Source: Alphaproteobacteria bacterium
GTDB lineage: Bacteria; Pseudomonadota; Alphaproteobacteria; Caedimonadales; UBA1908
Assembly (NCBI GenBank): GCA_021298595.1
Contig: JAJTHL010000003.1
Coordinates: forward strand, 67,001-131,000
Direction of reading: 5' to 3'
Length of the DNA: 64,000 nt
Position numbers and translations under genes: made by a program. Shown piece after piece: positions 18,969 through 30,239 of this stretch (its first letter is position 1; each line of letters opens with the position of its first letter). The notes beneath the pieces were generated by a model, which saw nothing but the letters and a program-made list of their open reading frames with translations, was not told the origin of the DNA and did no database searches.

Positions 18969-21771
18969 AATCTCAAGTTTTCATGATCCTTTGGGTCAGG
19001 TGGCAAATTACCTGCTTAGCCACCATAAGGAAACACCCCTAGAGCTGGCGAAGGTTCACTGTTTTGTACCCACACGGCGCGCTGGGCGTCGCCTCATGCG
19101 CCTTCTTTTGGAAAACGCCCCCACCACGAGTATCATTCTGCCCAAGATTCTGTGCCTTTCTGACGTGCAAAGAACAGACTTTGGCCTTGCCCAACAAAAA
19201 GTTTATAGTGACGAAGAAGCCCTTTTCCAGTTCGTGTCATTTTTAACCAAAGAAGGCCTTATCCCTGATACCATCTCGGCCCTGTCTTGGGGAAAAAGCC
19301 TTCTTGATTTGATTCATGAATGCCTCTTATGGCAGGTCAGCCCCATGGACGCCCTGTGTCGCCTTTTGCAAGAAGAACACGCGCGCCACCGCCAAGAAGC
19401 TCTAGAGCGTCTTGATCACTTTCTTGCACGCTGGCTAAGCGCCCCGCGCCCCCTGCTAAAGAAAGAAGACCACAAGTTAGCCTTAGAGTCTTTGACACAA
19501 GGATGGCAAGAAACACCCCCTTCGTTCACGGTCATCTGTGTGGGGGTCACGGCAACCTGTCCGTTATACCGAGATTTTTTGCGCGCAACCGCCCAAGCTC
19601 CTGGCACGCACGTGCTTTTGACGGATTTTGAGCCACATCATTTTCATGGGGAGGTTTCGCCAGCCCATCCCGCGTGGGCACACGCCGAGCTGTTGAAGGC
19701 TCTTGGACTCGGGGCAGAAGACGTTCCCCTTTGGCCTCATATCCGCAGCGGTTTTTTCACGCCAGATCAAAAAGACCGTCACGATTTTTTGGCAACCATT
19801 TTTGAAGACACGTTTACGCTGCCAGCATCCCTGCCCGCTTCGCCCAAGGGATGGTCTTATGTGTCTTGCGAGCATCGACATGATGAGGCCTGGGCCATTA
19901 GTCTTTTGATTCGTCAGCACCTAGAAAATCCTGAAACACGCATACTTCTTGTGACGCCTGATGACGCCTTGTCGTCTTTTGTTTCGCAGATCTTAAGCCA
20001 CTGGCAAGTGGTCCCCGATCAGGGGGCAGGTCTTCCTGCCCTTGAAACACCTGCCTTTACTTTTTGCCGTCGTCTTATCGAAGCCGTTCATCAAGACTTT
20101 GCACCTTTGCCTTTGATTTCCCTCCTGAAACACCCCCTTTTTCTTTGCGCACGCACACCAGGAGAAGTGCGTCGCCTGGCACGGTTGATTGAGGTCACAG
20201 CGCTTCGCACGCCTTTTTACGCGACAACTCTTGTTGATTTACTTCACAAAATGCAAGGTCATGACGATGCAACGGCTTTGTTGAAAACCTTGTGCGAAAT
20301 AGTGACTCCTTTACAGTGCGCTCTCAAAAAGCCCAGTACGGATCTTCACACCCTTTTTACCCTTCACCTTGACACGGCCGAGCTCCTTGCCGGGGGAACA
20401 AGTATTTTGTGGCAGGGGGAATATGCGGGCGAACTTGAAGAGATTCGAGACACCTTAGAAGTTGCCATGTCGTCTTTTCCTCCCATTGCCGGAAAAGAGT
20501 ACCCAGCCATTTTCAACAGCCTCCTTGCCAGCCGCAGTGTGCGTCGACAACACGGCGTGCATCCCCGCGTGGGCATCCTGTCCCCTGAAAAGGCGACCCA
20601 CATCACAGCAGATGTCGTGATTATCGGAGGTCTAAATGATGACCAATGGCCTCTCAAGCCCAGTCCAGACCCGTGGTTAAGCCCTCTTATGCGCGCGCGA
20701 CTAAACCTTTCATCCCCAGCCCATGGGGTAGGGACTTTGCACCGCTTCTTTTGGGAGCTGGCCTCTCAAAAAACCGTGATCATGACAAGGTCTTTGAGGG
20801 TAGACGGAGCAATCCAAGCACCGGCTCGTTGCCTTCGCCGCCTGACAACTGCCCTCAAAGCACGCGCACAAAGTCTTCCCCCTGTGACCCTTCCTTGGAA
20901 ACAATGGCAGCAAGCCCTCATTAACCAGGAAAACATATCCAGATACGCAAAGCCTTCCCCTTGTCCACCCGCGGAAGCACGTCCACAAAAACTTTCCGTG
21001 TCAGCCCTTTGTTTACTGCAAAAAGACCCTTATCGCTTTTATACCGAGAGAATTTTGAAACTCTCACCCTTACTCCCCTTAGCGCCTGTCCCCGATGCCC
21101 GCCTTTTTGGGATTGTGATCCACGAGTTGCTCGATCGGTTCATGGGCCAAGATGATCGCTCTCTTGAGTGTCTCCTCCAAATCGGTGAACAAATCTTTGC
21201 CCCCTTAAAACCTTTTGCATGGGTTTATCTCTTTTGGTGGCAGCGTCTATGTGTGCTAGCCCCTTGGATCATTGAGCAAGCAGCACACTATTCTCCCGAC
21301 ACAATCCTTTATCTGGAAAAGACAGGGTGCGCCTTTTTTGCCTGCCACAACGACAGGGGGTTTACCCTTACTGCCAAGGCGGACCAACTGGTTTATGATC
21401 CAAAATTGGGCTGCATCACCCTCATAGATTATAAAACCGGCACCCTTCCCACTAAAAAGGAAATTAAAGAAGGCCTCGCTCTCCAGCTACCTTTAGAGCG
21501 TTTGATTTTGAAAAAAGGAGGGTTCGACCCCCTGCCCCAAGATAGCCCTTGCACTCTGGTATATTGGCATTTAAAAGCGCCTGTCTCCAAGATGACTCTT
21601 GACGACATCCCAGAGTTAGAGAAGACTTGCCAACAGACCCTTGCGCGTTTGTGGACTCACTATTACGAAAACCAGGGATCTTATGAACCCCTTTTAACTT
21701 TTTTCTCAAACGCACCTTCTGAGCACACTCACTTTTCAAGGATTCAGGAATGGCATCCCCTTTCCCATTAG
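18928..21771 (+). CDS. addB: Double-strand break repair protein AddB (alphaproteobacterial type)
   Basis: About 950 aa protein directly upstream of addA, with a C-terminal PD-(D/E)xK nuclease motif (ITLIDYKTG). Overlaps tsaE by 41 nt if ATG 18928 is used. Confidence 0.88.
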   Translation: MPKSVLEGFLGLYRISSFHDPLGQVANYLLSHHKETPLELAKVHCFVPTRRAGRRLMRLLLENAPTTSIILPKILCLSDVQRTDFGLAQQKVYSDEEALFQFVSFLTKEGLIPDTISALSWGKSLLDLIHECLLWQVSPMDALCRLLQEEHARHRQEALERLDHFLARWLSAPRPLLKKEDHKLALESLTQGWQETPPSFTVICVGVTATCPLYRDFLRATAQAPGTHVLLTDFEPHHFHGEVSPAHPAWAHAELLKALGLGAEDVPLWPHIRSGFFTPDQKDRHDFLATIFEDTFTLPASLPASPKGWSYVSCEHRHDEAWAISLLIRQHLENPETRILLVTPDDALSSFVSQILSHWQVVPDQGAGLPALETPAFTFCRRLIEAVHQDFAPLPLISLLKHPLFLCARTPGEVRRLARLIEVTALRTPFYATTLVDLLHKMQGHDDATALLKTLCEIVTPLQCALKKPSTDLHTLFTLHLDTAELLAGGTSILWQGEYAGELEEIRDTLEVAMSSFPPIAGKEYPAIFNSLLASRSVRRQHGVHPRVGILSPEKATHITADVVIIGGLNDDQWPLKPSPDPWLSPLMRARLNLSSPAHGVGTLHRFFWELASQKTVIMTRSLRVDGAIQAPARCLRRLTTALKARAQSLPPVTLPWKQWQQALINQENISRYAKPSPCPPAEARPQKLSVSALCLLQKDPYRFYTERILKLSPLLPLAPVPDARLFGIVIHELLDRFMGQDDRSLECLLQIGEQIFAPLKPFAWVYLFWWQRLCVLAPWIIEQAAHYSPDTILYLEKTGCAFFACHNDRGFTLTAKADQLVYDPKLGCITLIDYKTGTLPTKKEIKEGLALQLPLERLILKKGGFDPLPQDSPCTLVYWHLKAPVSKMTLDDIPELEKTCQQTLARLWTHYYENQGSYEPLLTFFSNAPSEHTHFSRIQEWHPLSH

Positions 21772-24700
21772 AAACCTCTCTTGATAAAAGCGCTTCCCGA
21801 GCGCCTGGCACCCATCCCGAGAAAAGTGCATGGGTTGCCGCGTCAGCCGGGACTGGAAAAACAAAAATTCTCACGGACCGTGTCCTCTCGCTTCTTCTTT
21901 CAGGTGTCCCCCTTGAAAAGATATTGTGCCTGACCTTTACCAAAGCGGGGGCGACGGAAATGATGGACCGCGTTATGACACGTCTGAGCGCGTGGGCGAT
22001 TATGGCCCCTCAAGATCTCGAAACCGAGCTCGCGCCCCTTGGAGGCGCCACGCCTTTTCACCTGGCGCGGGCACGAACCCTTTTTGCCGAGCTTCTGGAC
22101 CACCCCACAGGTCTCACCTTGCAAACCCTCCACAGTTTTTGTCAGTCTCTTTTGCAGCGTTTCCCCATGGAGGCCGGGCTTTCGTGTGCCTTTAGTATTG
22201 CCGATGAAAGTACAGCCCTTGATCTTTTAACCCAAGCACAACAAGATACGTTAAGCTCTCCATGTCCTCAAATACAAAAGGCTCTTGTGTTCCTTGCCTC
22301 GTCCTTTGGCCAAGAGCGGTTTCAAGACCTTTTTGAAAGCCTTTTTCAAAGCAGACAGCAAGAGTATATGCCTCTTACTGACGATCCCGTACAAGTGCTT
22401 TTACAAACCTTTGGTGTTAATCCACAAGAAAGCCCCCAGAACGTTCTAAATTCCTCATTGAATCATGCGGCTCTTCAAGAACGTCTATCTCCTTTTTTGA
22501 CCTTCCTCGAAACGGGGGGCAAAGAAGACCAAGAGCGCGCGCGCCTCCTAAAAGCCTATCTCGAAAAAGAAACCCCCAATGTCAGTGATTTTTTGAGTGC
22601 TGCCAAAACTTTTTTAACTCAAGAAGGCGACGTGCGCGCGCGTCTCGTTTCTAAAGCACTGGCATCGGCGCGACCTGACTGCTTAGCTGCCCTCCAAGAC
22701 CTGGCCCGCCAGATCAAAAACACACGGGACCTCTTACAATGCTTGCATATCGCTCAGCATTCACTTTCTTTTTTTCAGCTTTATCAAGAAGTCACAGAAC
22801 GTTATCAAACACTTAAGTCAGATTTGAACCGTTTAGACTATGACGATCTGATTGAAAAAGCCTGCCTTCTGCTTCACGATCCAGCTGTCTGTGACTGGGT
22901 ACGGTATAAAATGGATGGTGGCATCGATCATATTTTGGTGGATGAGGCCCAAGACACCAATGACCGACAATGGGCTCTTGTGAGCGCCCTGACTGAAGAG
23001 TTTTTCAGTGGTGATGGCGCCAAGGCTCGTCCGACTACGCTGTTCGCCGTCGGGGACGTCAAACAATCCATTTACCGTTTTCAAGGCGCCATGCCTGCCC
23101 TCTTTGAAGATATGCGCACGCACTTTTCGGCGCGTGCCGAGCGCGCCTCACACGACTGGGAAGATGTAAGCCTGAATAAGTCCTACCGGTCCAGCAGCGC
23201 CGTTCTAGCCCTCGTTGACCACCTCATTGATCAAACACCAGCTTATGCCGGTGTGCGCTCACTGGAGTCGCGTCCCCTGCCGCACTTATGCGCAAAACCC
23301 CTTCCAGGAGGACAGGTATGCCTTTGGCCTTTGGCTCCCAAAGCTGAAGACGAAGCGCGTGTCCCTGAACAGGAGCTCGCTAAAGAAATCGCCGCAACAA
23401 TCCGGCAGTGGCTTAATGAAGGACGCATCTTAGAAAGCACAGGCGCGCCCTTAGAACCACAGGACATTATGGTGCTGATCCAGCGTCGCCACGCCTTTGT
23501 CGGCCATTTGACCCGTGCCCTGAGAGAACAGGGTGTTCCAGTTGCAGGAGAAGACCGCATCATTCTCGAAAACCACTTGGCAGTTCAAGATCTTGTGGCC
23601 TTTGGACGATTTCTTCTTTTACCTCAAGATGATTGGAGCCTTGGGTGTTGCCTTAAGTCCCCCTTGGGCGGCTTGGATGATCAAGAGTTGGAATCCCTTT
23701 GCCTTGGGCGCCAAGGAACTCTTTGGCAAGCCTTGTGTGTACGCGCGCAAGAGACTCCATTTCACGAACCGCACGCTTTGTTGTCGGATATGCTGCGAAA
23801 AGTGGATCAAATCTCGGTTTTCTCCCTTTATGGCGAAGTTCTTTATACGCGGGGATATTTCAAGCATTTTGTGGCCCGGTTTGGCGACAGTGTTCAAGAA
23901 ATCCTTTATGAATTTTTGATGTTATCCAAAAAAGATGAACAAACCCACGGCTCCTGCTTAGAAGGATTTCTTGACAGGCTGAGCAAAACTCAAAACATTC
24001 TCAAGAAAGACTTTGCAAACAATACGCTTAACCAAGTGCGCATTCTGACAGTACACGGCGCGAAAGGCCTTCAAGCACCCCTGGTTATTTTAGCAGACAC
24101 CACCACCGCGCCTACCTTAAAAGAGAGCTTTATGTGGCACAGGGGTGTATGTATTTGGCTGCCTCCCCGCGACCAGGAGCCCCCCCTTGTACGTGACCTC
24201 AAGAAAACGCCCCTTGGATCCTTGGCAGAAGACGGTCACCGCCTTTTGTACGTTGCGCTGACCCGAGCCCAAGATGAGATTCACGTTTGGGGATGGGAAA
24301 ATGCAAGGGGTGTCAGCGAAAAAAGTTGGTACCGCCTTGTGGAAGAATCGCTCCTCAAGATTGGGAGTCTAAAAGAAGATGGCCCCCTTGTCCTCTCTCA
24401 CCGGGACCCGGCTTTGCGCGTGCCGCGTTCTTCCCTCGCCACTCATATTGATCCCTCACTTTCCCAGGATAAAGAGTCTGCGTCCTGGCTTTTTAAGCCC
24501 CTGCCACGAGAAAGTGACGCCCTTACCTCTCAAGCTCAAGCCGTCACAGAACAAAAGCACGATATGATGCACGCGCCGCAAAGTGCCCGCCTTCGGGGAA
24601 CTGTCCTGCACACGCTCCTAGAGTGGCTTCCGCGCCTTTCCATCGCTGAGCGCTCCTCTACCCTTGAATCCTATTTAGACACCTACGACGATACGCTTTT

Positions 24701-25070
24701 ACCCTCTCTTGAAAAAGAAACGATCCGCGAAAACGTCGACGCCCTTTTGACCCATCCGGATTTACAAAAGTTTTTTGGGGTGCGCGCTCTTCATGAAGTG
24801 CCCCTTTCCGGTTTCCTTGAGGGTAATCCAGTCACAGGGCGTATTGATTTATTGCTCCAAGATGGGAAAGATTTATTGATTGTTGACTTCAAAAGCACCC
24901 CTGCGCCGCCCCTCACAATCCCTGCCGCCTACGTTGAGCAGCTTCGTCTTTACCAAAGGCTTTTGCAGCCCCTCTATCCCCACCACAAGATAACCACATG
25001 GATCTTGTGGACCAGTACCGCGACCCTTGTTAAAGTCCACGAAGCCTCCCCGCAAGAAATCGCCGCTTAG
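21750..25070 (+). CDS. addA: Double-strand break repair helicase-nuclease AddA
   Basis: UvrD-type Walker A AASAGTGKTKIL, DEAQDT, VGDVKQSIYRFQGA, TVHGAKGLQAP, and a C-terminal nuclease motif LLIVDFKS. Confidence 0.95.
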   Translation: MASPFPLETSLDKSASRAPGTHPEKSAWVAASAGTGKTKILTDRVLSLLLSGVPLEKILCLTFTKAGATEMMDRVMTRLSAWAIMAPQDLETELAPLGGATPFHLARARTLFAELLDHPTGLTLQTLHSFCQSLLQRFPMEAGLSCAFSIADESTALDLLTQAQQDTLSSPCPQIQKALVFLASSFGQERFQDLFESLFQSRQQEYMPLTDDPVQVLLQTFGVNPQESPQNVLNSSLNHAALQERLSPFLTFLETGGKEDQERARLLKAYLEKETPNVSDFLSAAKTFLTQEGDVRARLVSKALASARPDCLAALQDLARQIKNTRDLLQCLHIAQHSLSFFQLYQEVTERYQTLKSDLNRLDYDDLIEKACLLLHDPAVCDWVRYKMDGGIDHILVDEAQDTNDRQWALVSALTEEFFSGDGAKARPTTLFAVGDVKQSIYRFQGAMPALFEDMRTHFSARAERASHDWEDVSLNKSYRSSSAVLALVDHLIDQTPAYAGVRSLESRPLPHLCAKPLPGGQVCLWPLAPKAEDEARVPEQELAKEIAATIRQWLNEGRILESTGAPLEPQDIMVLIQRRHAFVGHLTRALREQGVPVAGEDRIILENHLAVQDLVAFGRFLLLPQDDWSLGCCLKSPLGGLDDQELESLCLGRQGTLWQALCVRAQETPFHEPHALLSDMLRKVDQISVFSLYGEVLYTRGYFKHFVARFGDSVQEILYEFLMLSKKDEQTHGSCLEGFLDRLSKTQNILKKDFANNTLNQVRILTVHGAKGLQAPLVILADTTTAPTLKESFMWHRGVCIWLPPRDQEPPLVRDLKKTPLGSLAEDGHRLLYVALTRAQDEIHVWGWENARGVSEKSWYRLVEESLLKIGSLKEDGPLVLSHRDPALRVPRSSLATHIDPSLSQDKESASWLFKPLPRESDALTSQAQAVTEQKHDMMHAPQSARLRGTVLHTLLEWLPRLSIAERSSTLESYLDTYDDTLLPSLEKETIRENVDALLTHPDLQKFFGVRALHEVPLSGFLEGNPVTGRIDLLLQDGKDLLIVDFKSTPAPPLTIPAAYVEQLRLYQRLLQPLYPHHKITTWILWTSTATLVKVHEASPQEIAA

Positions 25071-25326
25071 CTCTTTGCACGCTTTTCCTGATTTCTTATA
25101 GTACTAAAGTGCACTGTTTCTTCACATGACAAATTTAGCAATGTGTATTATTTTCATAGGAATGAGATCAGTGAAAAATGGATTCTGGCAATTGCTGCAG
25201 ATTATTTTACCCCCGATTGCCCTTTACAAGCGTCGGTGAAATGACGTTACTAGATGCCTTAGCCTTTACCCCACAAAGAAAAGCCGATACCCACAAGGGC
25301 CCTCTTTCAAAAAGGCGCTTGATCTC

Positions 25327-25581
25327 ATGGTGGATGCTTCTATGCAGCACTCCTACCAAAAGATTTATGCCCATTGGGAGAACCCCTCAGCAACCCAGCA
25401 TTCTACCACCTCCATGAATCAAAGAGAGGATTCAACGCCTTCAAAAAGCTTACGTCGAGAGTCCCCGGCAAACGACAAACCTTGTGGTTTTCATCTTGAA
25501 AACATGACCCATTTTATGCAGCTAAAAAAGGTAAGGGCTCACTTCATCAACAAAAGAGCTCAGTACGAGCCCTCGTGTTGA
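25327..25581 (+). CDS. Hypothetical small ORF in the addA-lon gap (doubtful)
   Basis: 84-aa ORF with no recognisable family. It overlaps another 79-aa ORF out of frame. No clear SD noticed. Confidence 0.2.
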   Translation: MVDASMQHSYQKIYAHWENPSATQHSTTSMNQREDSTPSKSLRRESPANDKPCGFHLENMTHFMQLKKVRAHFINKRAQYEPSC

Positions 25582-25590
25582 TATGTCTGG

Positions 25591-27981
25591 CTACACCATG
25601 GGCGGCGACACCGGGGGCTGATGATCCGCCGAGACCGGTGGGAGATCTGCCAGTGGCACCGTTTCACGAATAAGAGCGTGCTCTATCACTTGCTCGACTT
25701 TTTCAACACAAATGATTTCCAAATCCCTCGTGGCGTTTTCAGGGATATCAGCAAGGTCTTTGCGGTTATCTTCAGGAATCAAGACGCGTTTGATGCCACC
25801 ACGGTGCGCTGCGAGGAGTTTTTCTTTGAGACCGCCGATGGCAAGGACGCGCCCACGCAGGGTCACCTCGCCTGTCATGGCGACATCTTTGCGCACAGGA
25901 ATACCCGTCAAAAGAGAAATAATCGTTGTACACATGGCGATACCCGCCGACGGACCATCTTTGGGGATGGCCCCTTCTGGAACGTGGACATGGATATCGT
26001 TCTTTTCAAAAAGCTCGGGATTAATGCCATAATGACGCGCCCGAGAACGTACATAACTTGCCGCTGCTTGGACAGATTCTTGCATGACCTCTCCTAGCTT
26101 GCCTGTGGTGGTCATCTTGCCTTTACCTGGAATCAAGACTGCCTCGACAGTCAGAAGCTCGCCGCCGACTTCTGTCCAGGCCAGACCAGTCGTCGCGCCT
26201 ACTTGATCTTCTATTTCAGACACGCCGTAACGGTATCTTGGAATCCCCGCAAACTTCTCAAGGTTATCGACGGTCACGGCTATGGTTTTTTCTTGCGTGG
26301 TCATCAGTTCCTTTGTTGCTTTGCGCAAAAGATTGGCGATCTCACGTTCAAGATTACGCACGCCGGACTCCCTTGTGTAAAGGCGAATCAACTTTATAAG
26401 AGCGGCATCCTCAATTCGCCACTCCTCCTTTTTGAGACCGTGAGACTTCATTTGTTTAGGAATTAAATGATGTCTGACGATCTCTAGCTTTTCCTCTTCG
26501 GTATACCCCGATAAACGAATAATCTCCATGCGGTCCAAAAGAGGCTGTGGCATATTGAGGCTATTGGCAGTCGTGACAAACATCACATCCGACAGATCAT
26601 AATCAACCTCTAAATAGTGGTCATTAAAGGTAGAATTCTGTTCAGGATCCAGGACTTCGAGAAGAGCCGATGCAGGATCACCCCGCCAATCAGCCCCAAG
26701 CTTATCTATTTCATCCAAAAGAAAAAGAGGGTTTGAACTTTTTGCCTTTTTCATACCTTGGATGACTTTTCCAGGCATGGACCCGATATAAGTGCGGCGG
26801 TGCCCTCTGATTTCAGCTTCATCTCGTACGCCACCAAGGGAAATACGCACAAAGCTGCGCCCGGTGGCTTTGGCAATGGACTGGCCCAAGGACGTCTTAC
26901 CTACACCGGGAGCCCCCACAAGGCAAAGAATCGGTCCTTTGATTTGCCCCACCCGTGCCTGGACGGCTAAATACTCCACAATGCGTTCCTTGACCTTTTT
27001 CAAACCGTAATGATCTTCATCTAAGATTTTCTCTGCGCTTGCGAGATCTTTTTTTACTTTTGTAGGTTTCTTCCAAGGAATATCCAACAGCCATTCAAGA
27101 TAATTTCGCACAACGGTGGCTTCAGAGGACATGGGGTTCATGGCACGCAGCTTGCGAAGCTCGGACGTTGCCTTTTCTTTGGCTTCTTTGGAGAGTTTTG
27201 TCTTTGAAATACGGTCCTCAAGGGCGCTGATTTCGTCCTGACCATCCTCAGAATCACCAAGCTCTTTTTGAATGGCCTTCATTTGCTCGTTCAAATAGTA
27301 TTCGCGCTGCGATTTTTCCATTTGGCGTTTAACGCGCCCTCTGATGCGTTTTTCCGTTTGAAGAATGGCAATCTCACCTTCCATGTGAGCACAAACACGT
27401 TCCAATCTGTCATTAACATTTGAAATTTCAAGGATATCCTGCTTTTCAGAAACACGGATCGCCAAATGGGATGCAAGGGTATCGGCAAGTTTTTCAGGTT
27501 GATCGATTTTGCTGACTGAGAGCAAAAGATCAGGTGGGATTTTAGTATTGAGCTTTAGGTACTGCTCGAAAAGACTCACAGCTGTGCGCATTAGGGCTTC
27601 ATTTTCTGTTGCGTCTCCTGGGACCTCATCCAAGATTTCAATGCTTCCTTGAAAAAAATCTTTTTCCTCAGAAAATCTCAAAATTCTGGCCCGTGAATGT
27701 CCCTCCACCAAGATTTTAACGGTTCCGTCGGGAAGCTTTAGAAGCTGCATGATGCGCCCAAGGGTTCCTATAGTGTAAAGATCTCGTGCCTTGGGTTCCT
27801 CCAAAGAGGCATCCTTTTGGGTGACAAGGAGGATTTCTTGATCTTCTTGCATGACGCTTTCAAGGGCGCGCACAGAGCGTTCTCGCCCCACAAACAGAGG
27901 AACCACCATATAGGGGAACACAACGATATCGCGCAGTGGCAAAATGGGGTACATACTTCCCCGAGGTAACTCTAGCGTCAT
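25591..27981 (-). CDS. lon: ATP-dependent Lon protease
   Basis: N-terminal LPLRDIVVFPYMVVPLFVGRERS, Walker A GAPGVGKTS, catalytic PKDGPSAG and a Lys-bearing GGLKEKLLAAHRGG. ATG 27981 gives the canonical N-terminus. The track ORF extends to 28053. Confidence 0.97.
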   Translation of the reverse strand: MTLELPRGSMYPILPLRDIVVFPYMVVPLFVGRERSVRALESVMQEDQEILLVTQKDASLEEPKARDLYTIGTLGRIMQLLKLPDGTVKILVEGHSRARILRFSEEKDFFQGSIEILDEVPGDATENEALMRTAVSLFEQYLKLNTKIPPDLLLSVSKIDQPEKLADTLASHLAIRVSEKQDILEISNVNDRLERVCAHMEGEIAILQTEKRIRGRVKRQMEKSQREYYLNEQMKAIQKELGDSEDGQDEISALEDRISKTKLSKEAKEKATSELRKLRAMNPMSSEATVVRNYLEWLLDIPWKKPTKVKKDLASAEKILDEDHYGLKKVKERIVEYLAVQARVGQIKGPILCLVGAPGVGKTSLGQSIAKATGRSFVRISLGGVRDEAEIRGHRRTYIGSMPGKVIQGMKKAKSSNPLFLLDEIDKLGADWRGDPASALLEVLDPEQNSTFNDHYLEVDYDLSDVMFVTTANSLNMPQPLLDRMEIIRLSGYTEEEKLEIVRHHLIPKQMKSHGLKKEEWRIEDAALIKLIRLYTRESGVRNLEREIANLLRKATKELMTTQEKTIAVTVDNLEKFAGIPRYRYGVSEIEDQVGATTGLAWTEVGGELLTVEAVLIPGKGKMTTTGKLGEVMQESVQAAASYVRSRARHYGINPELFEKNDIHVHVPEGAIPKDGPSAGIAMCTTIISLLTGIPVRKDVAMTGEVTLRGRVLAIGGLKEKLLAAHRGGIKRVLIPEDNRKDLADIPENATRDLEIICVEKVEQVIEHALIRETVPLADLPPVSADHQPPVSPPMV

Positions 27982-28075
27982 TGTCTCTTTTAAATTAGGT
28001 AACCAGTTACAGATTGCATATAAAAAAGGCGGGATGCAAGTCCCGCCTTTCAAGTTTTGCTAATTTAATGAGGGA

Positions 28076-29356
28076 TTAGGCTTTTGCGCCCTTTGATGCT
28101 TTTGCTCCTTCTGCCTTATGATCCTCATGAATCAAAAGGGGCTCGGCTTTACCATCGATGACCTCTGGACCAACCACCACCTCTTTGATGGTTTCTTGAC
28201 CAGGGATTTCATACATGGTGTTTAGGAGCGCATTCTCCATAATGGATCGAAGCCCCCTTGCTCCTGTTTTACGTTCTATGGCTTTCTTAGCAACCTGCGC
28301 AAGCGCTTCGTCGGTAAAAGTGAGTGCTACATTTTCCATTTCGAAAAGCTTTTGATACTGCTTAAGAAGCGCGTTTTTAGGCTCTCTTAAAATCGTGACA
28401 AGCGCAGCTTCATCAAGATCTTCTAGGGTCGCAACCACCGGCAATCTTCCAACAAACTCAGGAATCAAGCCGTACTTTAAAAGATCTTCTGGCTCAATCT
28501 CTCCCAAAAGCTCGCCAACGCGCCGATCATCAGGAGATTGCACGTTAGCACCAAATCCAATGGAGGTTGCCTTACCACGCGCGGCGATGATGCGATCGAC
28601 CCCCGCAAAGGCCCCTCCACAAATAAAGAGGATGTTGGTCGTATCCACTTGCAAAAATTCTTGTTGTGGATGCTTACGCCCTCCCTGGGGGGGGACTGAG
28701 GCAACAGTGCCTTCCATGATTTTCAAAAGCGCTTGCTGAACGCCTTCACCCGACACGTCACGTGTGATGGAGGGATTATCGGACTTTCTTGAAATCTTGT
28801 CGACCTCGTCAATGTAGACGATACCGCGCTGGGCACGCTCGACGTTATAATCAGCCGCCTGTAAAAGCTTGAGAATAATGTTCTCAACGTCTTCCCCCAC
28901 ATAGCCCGCTTCTGTGAGTGAAGTCGCATCCGCAATGGTGAAGGGCACATCAAGAATACGCGCAAGGGTTTGCGCAAGAAGGGTTTTACCGCACCCCGTT
29001 GGCCCAATCAAAAGAATATTTGATTTCGAAAGCTCAACATCTGATTTCTTCCCTAAATTTTCGATACGTTTGTAGTGGTTGTATACAGCAACAGCCAAAA
29101 CCCTTTTAGCCCGCTCTTGGCCAATCACATAGTCGTTGAGGACTTCGGCAATTTTCGCAGGTGACGGAATAGCCCCGTCTCCAAGACCAACAGGAGTTCC
29201 AGCCTCTTCTCGAATGATTTCAAGGCAAAGATCAACACACTCATCACAAATGAAAACACTAGGTCCCGCAATGAGCTTTTTTACCTCATGTTGACTCTTG
29301 CCACAAAAGGAGCAGTGGAGGATCTCCTTCGTTTTGTCCGCATCTGATTTCGACAT
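28076..29356 (-). CDS. clpX: ATP-dependent Clp protease ATP-binding subunit ClpX
   Basis: Zinc-binding CSFCGK...FICDECV, Walker [22 protein letters not shown], and the ClpP-docking LIPEFVGR motif. Confidence 0.98.
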   Translation of the reverse strand: MSKSDADKTKEILHCSFCGKSQHEVKKLIAGPSVFICDECVDLCLEIIREEAGTPVGLGDGAIPSPAKIAEVLNDYVIGQERAKRVLAVAVYNHYKRIENLGKKSDVELSKSNILLIGPTGCGKTLLAQTLARILDVPFTIADATSLTEAGYVGEDVENIILKLLQAADYNVERAQRGIVYIDEVDKISRKSDNPSITRDVSGEGVQQALLKIMEGTVASVPPQGGRKHPQQEFLQVDTTNILFICGGAFAGVDRIIAARGKATSIGFGANVQSPDDRRVGELLGEIEPEDLLKYGLIPEFVGRLPVVATLEDLDEAALVTILREPKNALLKQYQKLFEMENVALTFTDEALAQVAKKAIERKTGARGLRSIMENALLNTMYEIPGQETIKEVVVGPEVIDGKAEPLLIHEDHKAEGAKASKGAKA

Positions 29357-29502
29357 TTCCTATACCACTTTCCTCTCACGACCTTTCATTTCAGTGTGAG
29401 ATTTATCTTTTCTTCCCCACACTCTTAGCATGACGAAAACAACATAATAAAAAGTTAACAAAGCAAGATAAAGTTAAATTGCTTTTTAACAATGTGGCAG
29501 AC

Positions 29503-30129
29503 TCAAGCTGCCTTTTTATCTTTGCGAGGCGCCACAACCTCGTCAATCAAACCAAACTTAAGGGCTTGTTCTGGTGACATAAAGTTGTCGCGTTCCATGG
29601 CCTGGATCACCACTTCTTTTGACTGTCCTGTGGTCTCGGCATAGATATCATGGAGACGCTCTTTCATTTCTTGAATCTCTCGGGCATGAATCTGAATATC
29701 CGTTGCCTGCCCTCTAAAGCCGCCAAGGGGTTGGTGAATCATCACGCGTCCATTGGGAAGAGCGCGGCGCATACCGGGCTCACCTGCTGTCAGAAGCAGT
29801 GACCCCACAGAACACGCTTGCCCGATGCACATGGTCGCCACAGGAGATCTAACGTAGCGCATGGTATCAAACATGGCAAAGCCGGCTGTTAGAACGCCTC
29901 CGGGCGAATTGATGTAAAAGGAAATTTCTTTGGTAGGGTTCTCGGATTCAAGAAAAAGAAGCTGGGCACACACAAGGGTTGCAACATCGTCGTTCACTTC
30001 TCCCACTAAAAAAATAATTCTTTCTTTTAAGAGTCTTGAGTAAATATCAAAGGACCTTTCCCCCCGATTGGTCTGTTCGATCACCATGGGCACAAGGGTG
30101 TTTTGGTAGATGTCTAAGGGGTCTCTCAT
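29503..30129 (-). CDS. clpP: ATP-dependent Clp protease proteolytic subunit ClpP
   Basis: [11 protein letters not shown], nucleophile region [19 protein letters not shown]. Confidence 0.97.
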   Translation of the reverse strand: MRDPLDIYQNTLVPMVIEQTNRGERSFDIYSRLLKERIIFLVGEVNDDVATLVCAQLLFLESENPTKEISFYINSPGGVLTAGFAMFDTMRYVRSPVATMCIGQACSVGSLLLTAGEPGMRRALPNGRVMIHQPLGGFRGQATDIQIHAREIQEMKERLHDIYAETTGQSKEVVIQAMERDNFMSPEQALKFGLIDEVVAPRKDKKAA

Positions 30130-30239
30130 GGGCGGCGCTCCTACTATTATTTTATGTTCTTACTAGGGCATTGTAAAAAGCGTCCCATAAAGAATCAACC
30201 TTTATGAGACGCGGACTAGTAAAAGCTTTGATTTTTCTC

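Noticed and set aside
25071-25590. A decayed hupB (HU) gene downstream of lon.
   Set aside because: Reverse-strand translations gave only short peptides with no HU-like motifs (no GFG..., no R.GRNP.TG). I cannot support a pseudogene call.
29357-29502. Possible small RNA or heat-shock promoter in the clpP-clpX spacer, and likewise in the clpP-tig spacer (30130-30239).
   Set aside because: I could not identify a convincing sigma-32 or CIRCE-type motif by eye. The spacer length is normal for this conserved gene order.
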